Assembly (NCBI RefSeq): GCF_009914755.1
Contig: NC_060932.1
Direction: 5' to 3' (one strand)
DNA length: 64,000 nt
From: the human T2T-CHM13v2.0 reference genome, Homo sapiens
In this document: piece by piece, positions 55,954 to 64,000 of the stretch
Layout: each line of letters opens with the position of its first letter
Position numbering within the stretch: position 1 is the stretch's first letter
Program-made: the position numbers and the translations under genes
The notes under the pieces: model-generated
What the model saw: only the letters and a program-made list of their open reading frames with translations
What the model was told of the DNA's origin: nothing
Database searches by the model: none

Positions 55954-56637
55954 GATGCAGAAGCAGAAGCTAAAGAACTGAGAACGTTTTTCCTCTTTCA
56001 AAACCATGTGGGGGAGCTTGCCTGAAAGAGTTGTCAAAACAGAACCTACAACTGGAGTTATGGCTTGTGTAGACAGGTGCGCGTGCACAAAAACATACAA
56101 ACACACAGAGCCAAAACACAGCACAGCTCAAAAGTTAAATATTTGTTAGCCTTTTGCTTGACAGTGTATAGGTGTTTGTGTATAACTTTAACAGCATAAA
56201 AGGTGCATGAAAGCTGGTGATCAGTTTTGTAAGTTCCAAGTTGCAGATACTCAACTCTGCAAATCAAGGCTTTCAATGAGTGAAGAGGCTATACATTTTC
56301 TGTAGTGTTTGGCGGTTCAAAATAACAACCCATGAAAAAATTCGTAATTCTAGGTTCACAGAAAGAGACCATTTGTTGCTAATTACCTACTTCATTATAA
56401 GTATCTGTAATAAAATTCTCAGGGCATATTGGGCAAATTATCATTTTAATAAAATAATTACTTAAGTAAACATATTCCTGCAAATTTCCCATAATGACTC
56501 TTTCTGTGACATGGAGTTTCATAAGTTAGGACTTGACAACTGTCCTCACGAACAGGATTTTGACATGGGGCTTATATCTGAGGACCTTATAAACAGGGAG
56601 ATGTTTTCCTTTCAGAAGATGAGTCAAGAGATTAAGG

Positions 56638-57809
<1,172 letters not shown>

Positions 57810-58615
57810 TAGGGGATACCAAGGCAGTGGGTCTGCAACTGATTTACAGGGAAGGTTCAGGAAAGGGAAAGAGAAAGGGGGCAGAGGAGCAGGGCAGGAG
57901 ATGTGTTCTGGGTCCCAACGCCTGGCTGGTAAAGTGAATGGGTTGTGTCCGTCATGGGGGCAAGGCTGGCAGGGGGCTGCCCTTCCACGCTTCTCTGGGA
58001 TACTGTGTTTATTTACTGCTCTGGGCATCCCTGTTTCTCTTGGGAAGTCACTTTTTCCAGGGCCAGAGGAGGCTGACAGGCTGTCACCCGAGAATGCTCC
58101 CCTGCATCCCACTGCCCCCACTCCCACCCCACCCCACCCCGCCCCCAGTTAGCGCTCTAGGGGACCAGCGGGCGGCAGCACGAGATGTCTTTGGAAATAA
58201 GGAAGAAGTGCCCCTACAGGTGGTGTTGGTGGCGTGGTCTGAGTGGTCAACCTGAATTGAAACTCCCTCCCCATCCCCTGTTCCTATTCTGAGCCTGGAA
58301 CGAGGGTGGGGACTCAAGTGAAAGCAGCAAAGCAAACGCAGCCAGATTTCTCCCTCCCTCTCCCCACTCTACCCCTAAAAAACAGCCCCCACTGAGGTAG
58401 TAGTGGTGTGAGCCAGGCTTGGCAGTGTCACTATGTGGTGCCTTTTCGTTAAGGACCGTGATGGTGGCCCCGGCCCCGCCTCAGAGGTGCCACTCCCCGT
58501 TGCTCCTCCTGCAGGCTTTCACTGGTGGAGGCCATGTCTTGCCTCTTCGGTATCAGGTCTCCTGTCATCTCCACCAAGACGCCTTCTCTGAAGCACACCC
58601 TGCCCCATCTCTAGA

Positions 58616-58840
58616 CCAGGATTACTCTATCTCAGCCCGTTCTGGCCTGGATCATTCTTTCGTGAAGGGCTGTCCTGTGCATCATAGGGTATTTGGCGGC
58701 ATCCCTGGCCTCTGCCAACTCCATGCCAGCAGCACCTCCCCTCCAGCTGTGACAACCGAAACTGTCTCCAGATTTTGTCAAATGTGCCCTCGGGGACGAA
58801 ACGGTCCCAATCTCCTCTTCCCCCATGGAGAACCCGTGGA
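58616..58840 (-). mobile_element. MER20 hAT-Charlie MITE
   Basis: GGGCTGTCCTGTGCAT...GCATCCCTGGCCTCT...TGTGACAACC.AAA.TGTCTCCAGA..TTG.CAAATGT.CCC. Confidence 0.8.
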
Positions 58841-58919
58841 CTAAATCACACCCTCTGTTTTGCGTTCTTCACAGCCTTCTTCACTCTCTGAAATGGTCGT
58901 GTTTTTTTCTGTCTTGGTC

Positions 58920-59084
58920 CCAGTAGTGCTCCCCCTGGCAGCTCATTATCCTCACCTGAGCTTTTGAAACTCCCAATGCCCAGCCCCACCCCACATGATG
59001 AAATCAGAATCTCTGGAATATGGGTGCACATTAGAGATGTTTTCCCAGGTGAGCCTGCTGGGCGGCCTGTTTGAGACTCACTGC
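58920..59084. mobile_element. MER5A-like MITE
   Basis: CAGTAGTGCTC...ATGCCCAG.CCCCACCCCA...AATCAGAATCTCTGG...CCCAGGTGA...TTTGAGA..CACTG. Confidence 0.65.
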
Positions 59085-59281
59085 TGTCTCCCCACAGAGG
59101 AGAAGCCATTAGATGGAGGGCCAGGGCGGGCTTTGATCAGTACATAGAATAGTGCCTGGTGCCTGGCAAGGACTCAGTACTATAAGATTCAATGAATGAA
59201 CAAATACTGCAGAAAACCCATCATCACTGGTAGAAGTTTGTAGGGATTCTTTCATTTTTGTCATTTATTTGTCCATTTATT

Positions 59282-59581
<300 letters not shown>

Positions 59582-59584
59582 CCA

Positions 59585-59720
59585 TTTATTCAGTCATTCA
59601 TTCAACAAACATTCATTAAGTGCTTGGTAAATGCCTGGTGTGGTGCTGAATGCTGGGGAGGCAAGGATAAGGAAAACCTGGCTCCTATCTTCTGGGAGTC
59701 TCCAGTCTCCTGGGAGGCAC
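59585..59720 (-). mobile_element. L2 3' end
   Basis: TCATTCATTCAACAAACATTCATTAAGTGCTT...GTGCTGAATGCTGGGGA. Confidence 0.65.
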
Positions 59721-59859
59721 ATAGGCAGGTGCACAAGGTGGCCCATGTAGTGAAAGAATTGCTAGGCCGGAGGTATGCAAAAAGCAGCTAGGACATAGAA
59801 TAAGCAGTGCCTGAAAAGACACAAGAAAGGAGCCCAGTGTCTCCCAGTGAGGTGTTTTA

Positions 59860-60030
59860 CTTGCATTTTCACACTTGAACATCATCACAACCCTGCACCA
59901 TTTCCCAGCTGAGGCAACTGAGGTTCTGGGAGGTCACCTAACTCCCTTGGGGTTACCTGCCCATCTGTAGCCCAGCCGGGACTCAAACCCAGGTCTGTCT
60001 CACTCAAAAGCCTGTTTTCTTTCCAACATA
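59860..60030 (-). mobile_element. MIR SINE
   Basis: TCACAACCCTG...AACTGAGGTTC..GGAGGT...CCGGGACTCAAACCCAGGTCTGTCT. Confidence 0.65.
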
Positions 60031-60241
60031 CAATGCCGTGTCTGGAGCTGAAACTAGAACACAGGGCCATGGATTCCCTTGTGCACACAGCGGCCACTCT
60101 GTTGCCTGAATACGTGCATAGCATAAACCCAGCCCCAGCCATCCCCCAGCTGTAGACTCAGTGTGTGTTCCTGCCCCTGGAAGGTTACCTCTGAAGTCCC
60201 TTCATCTAAACTCTTTCATTCTGTGACACTAAGAATCAGGC

Positions 60242-60701
60242 TGTCTTAGTTTGGGTCCCCCAGATGCACACCCCAAGGCAAAGCTTCAAGTGCAAATAGT
60301 TTATGTGAGAAGCAAAGGAAGCGCTGGGTGGGGGTGGGGGTGGGGCAGCAAGTGGGACCTGGAGAGAAGGAAGCCAGGAAATAGAGCATTGTCAAGCAGG
60401 TGGGGAGCTCTGGGTGCCAGCACAAATCACACGCCTCAGTGCTGTTCCACCTGAGTATTGAGACGGGCATGGAACCTATCCACCAACTCCCATCAGTCAC
60501 TGGCCATGGGCTGCTCCCTGAAGGGGCGTCATTCTCCCATACTTCAGGCCTGGCATGTAGGGAACAAAGTGGCCACTCGAAATCTGAGTGACCCCCCACC
60601 CCAGCAAGGAAACACAGGTACCGACAGTTAGAAGTAAGGCCAATGTGCACTGAGGTGGGAAGAACAGGGGGACATGGGCCAGCCCCACAGCATCTACTAC
60701 G
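60242..60701 (-). mobile_element. LTR16-like (ERVL) solo LTR
   Basis: TGTCTTAGTTTGGGTCCCCCAGA.GCA.ACCC..AGGCAAAG.TTCAAGTGCAAATAGTTTAT ... ACAGCATCTACTAC. Confidence 0.65.
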
Positions 60702-61929
60702 GACTCAAAGGAACACCTCATGAAGATCTTTCTTTTTTAAAAGTCGTCAGTCCCACTTATGGAGCACCTGTTGTATACAAGCTCCATGCCAGGTTTAAAA
60801 GTTCAAAATGAAACATAAGAGCTTCTGTCCTAATAGAGCTGGCTGTCGTGGGTAGATTGCCAGAGCAGCCCTGTATAGGCATCATCTCTACAAACATTGA
60901 CATCGAAATTTCTAAGTTGTGTCTCCTCAGCCCAGCAGTTGTGGCTCCTCATCACTAGGACCCAGACTCAACTCTGTCATTACTCCTCCCTGTCCCCTGC
61001 CTCGAGTTCTCTGCTCTGGGATTTTTGAACTGCTTGTAGGTCCTGGAAAAAAAAGTCCTTCTCTCTTTCCCTCTTCCCTCTAAACCTTTGCATATTCCAG
61101 TTCCTCTACCTTGTTGCCAGAATAGTGCCCCATCTTTCTTGAGTCTGGTTAATATCACCTCCTCTGGGAAGCCTTCTCTAACTCCCATTCTCATCACTAG
61201 TTCCCAGGTGAGCTTGGCCTTTGCACAGTTTCCTGTTCTTATTCCTATCAGATTAATCATCACGCACACACATGACTATAATTGCCTTTTTACTTACCTG
61301 CAAGCTTTCAGGAAATCAAGGATGAATGAGTCACTTTCGATGGCATTAAAGTAAGGCCTGGGAATGAAAGCTCAGCCTGAATCTGAAACTCAGCTTAACT
61401 ACTTCCTAATTGTGGGGCTTAGGTTGAACTGTGTGCCTCAGTTTTTCTATCTGTAGAAATGGACCCAATAAGACTTCCTTTACAGGGGCATTTGTGGAGT
61501 TTCTTGGCCCCTACCCAATAGAGCCACTAGAAAAGCAAGAAGAAACCTGAGAGCTGAGAAAGTCATCACAAGTTTTATAATCCAGAAAAGGGATGCATCT
61601 GCCCGGGTCAGTTTGTATGCATTACAGAAAACTCATGAACGCTGCCCAGAACACGGTGTGTGCAGGCACCAGAGTTAGGGTCGTAGCAAAGAGATGGTAC
61701 ACACAGAGTAGCAAGGACTGAGTAAATGGAGGGCCTGATTACAGAGAAGAGTACAGGGTTAAGCAAAGCCAACAACGGAAAGGGAAGCACCGGGCTCACA
61801 ACAGCTGAAAGTCCGACCTCCCCTAGGCCTTAAGGTCAAGACGAAGGGTGGCCATTGGAACTCAAGTGAGGTGTAGTTGTAGGAGAGTGACTGTCCCATT
61901 TGACACTGAAGAATAGTCATTTTACATGG

Positions 61930-62080
61930 CTGACATTTACCTTGTGCCAATTATGGCCAGGCATTGTTCTAAGCATGGTAACCCACATCACCCTCATTTA
62001 TGGAGTAAAACTGTTTGCCCCATTTCACAGATGGGAAGCCTGAGGCACAGAAAGATTAAGTAATTTTCTCTAGGTCTGAT
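61930..62080 (-). mobile_element. MIR SINE
   Basis: GCCAGGCATTGTTCTAAGCA...CCCCATTTCACAGATGGGAA..CTGAGGCACAGA. Confidence 0.7.
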
Positions 62081-62859
62081 GATAGGGGAAGGGGAGTGGG
62101 GATAGATAACCAGACCTCCCATCCTTAGACCCTCTGATCTCATGCCAGTTCGTCCCACTGGTAGAGCTCACTGGTAGAGGGTGGAGGGCGAGGATGTGCA
62201 CTCAGACAGTCCACAGTGTGGAGAAGGGTGGACAGTGGAAGGGGCCCTTGGTGAGTGGGAGCTGCTATTTTTGCTGCAGCTGCTGCTGCTGTTGTCGTTG
62301 TTGGATCATCGAAGCCTGGGACAATGCCTGGCTCCTACTGGGCAGGCGCAGGTATTTTCCAATTGAATGAATGAACCATTGACCTATTAACCACAAATTA
62401 TATCAACATCACTTGGGCCCTGAATAATGTATTTATTGAAAAATGAAATTGAAAATATTATCCTTTTAAGCTTCTGGTAATGGAGGAAATGGTTCATTCC
62501 TAACAGTTTTAATAATATTACATATTTGTTGACTCAGGGAACTCTTTTTGACATTTATTCAGGATTTCCAGACTGCATGGGAAGAAAAGCAAAAACAGTG
62601 TCATCAGCGTTACAGGTAGAAATAGAAAAATAGAGTTTTCCTTTCAAATTGAAGTGTTAGGCACTTGGAAATAGCCTTTTACTTTAGATGGAGAATTTAA
62701 CACTCTGCCTGCGACCCACCTAACCAGGGATTTGTGGAAAACACGTGTTATGCCCTGAGCACTGGGTCAGGAGTGAGACTGTGGTGGGTGGTGAGCAAAG
62801 GGCTTAGGACTGACCAAGGGTGTTGGAGGCCAGGCTGGCCGCATACAAATCAGGAATAG

Positions 62860-63060
62860 GAACTGACGCTTACTGTGTGCTTTTATGTGCCAGGCCTTCT
62901 CCTGAGATATGTAACCACCTTCTCGGGTGGATACTGCCATTAGACCCATTTTGCAGATAAGCAAACCGAGGCACTGGGAGAAGAAGTAATTTGCTCAAGG
63001 CCACCCAGGTGGTAAGTGGAAGACCCCTAACTCTAGACACTGTCTCTTAACTGCTGTGCT
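62860..63060 (-). mobile_element. MIR SINE
   Basis: TATGTGCCAGGC...CCCATTTTGCAGATAAG.AAACCGAGGCAC...TTTGCTCAAGGCCAC. Confidence 0.7.
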
Positions 63061-63422
63061 TACTCCCTCTTTATTAGAGAATGGTAGAGGTGAGATCTCA
63101 GCTTTACCCCTTTTATTTTACAAATGAGGCTCAGAGAGAGATATTGCAACTTGTCCAAGGTCACCCAGCCTTGTTATTGGGAGAGTTCAAATGGCCTTAG
63201 TGCCTGCTTCTAACTCTGAACCATCCCGTCACCTTGGGCAGGTCACTTACCTTTTTTCAGTTTATCTCCTCATATATAAGATGGGGCTAATAATTACGCC
63301 TTTAAATACTTTTAAGAGATTAGTGATCATTTCAGTCTTGACTCCACTTAGATGTGAGCACCAGATTTATATATATGTATGCCTCAGGTCAACTTCAGGG
63401 TTTTAAACAACAGCAATACTAG

Positions 63423-63797
63423 TGTCTTAGCCCATTCTCATGCTGCTAATAAAGACATATCCAAGACTGGGTAATTTATAAAGGAAAGAGGTTTAATTGA
63501 CTCACAGTTTAGCATGGCTTGGGAGGCCTCAGGAAACGTACAATCATGGGTGGAAGGGGAAGCAAACACATCCTTCTTCACATGATGGCAGGAAGAAGTG
63601 CCAAGCAAAAGGGGGAAAAGCCCCTTATAAAACCATCAGATCTCATGAGAATTCACTCATTATCACTAGAATAGCAGCATGGGGGTAACCGCTCCCATGA
63701 TTCAGTTACCTCCCACCAGGTCCCTCCCGTGATGTGGGAATTATGGAAACTACAATTCAAGTTGAGATTTGGGTGGGGACACAGTCAAACCATATCA
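63423..63797 (-). mobile_element. THE1 (MaLR) solo LTR
   Basis: TGTCTTAG.CCATTCTCATGCTGCTAATAAAGACATA ... GAGATTTGGGTGGGGACACAGTCAAACCATATCA; flanks ACTAG/AATAG. Confidence 0.9.
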
Positions 63798-64000
63798 AAT
63801 AGTAAGTAATAATAGCATATAGAGCACTGGCTGTGGTCAGGAGCGTTCAAAGCACAATGGTTAACCCATGTAATTCATTATTTATAATCCATAATTCTCA
63901 CCACACTCCTTCCAGATTTACAGCTGAGGAATCCATTACAGAGAGGAGAGTGACCTGTCAGATTACCAAAAATAGTAAGTGAATGCCCTTACCAAGATTT

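Overview
Primate (very probably human) genomic DNA: no intact protein-coding exon, roughly half interspersed repeats (Alu, MIR, L1, L2, THE1/MST/MLT and ERV1/ERVL solo LTRs, hAT MITEs). Two landmarks: (1) a complete processed pseudogene of CDK5 (24419-25858, + strand; intronless, 13-bp target-site duplication, two nonsense codons, lost stop, AluY in its 3'UTR, poly(A) replaced by (CA)15), and (2) a CpG island/promoter (~34740-38300) with a non-coding first exon ending at a strong CAG|GTAAGA donor (37117), after which the window looks like one long first intron. From recalled gene order (CDK5P1 just upstream of ZHX2 at 8q24.13) this is probably the ZHX2 5' end; that assignment is from memory and needs a BLAT check. 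A ~7-kb old L1M element (16300-23640) carries five nested younger insertions. I found no evidence of a new multi-gene system. The most unusual things directly visible are a 37-nt patch inside an Alu assembled from inverted copies of two sites ~1.2 kb away (templated-insertion repair scar), three further local patchwork duplications, and a ~93-nt nested stem-loop in unique CpG-island sequence ~320 nt into the first intron. Repeat subfamily names and boundaries are by-eye calls, not RepeatMasker output.
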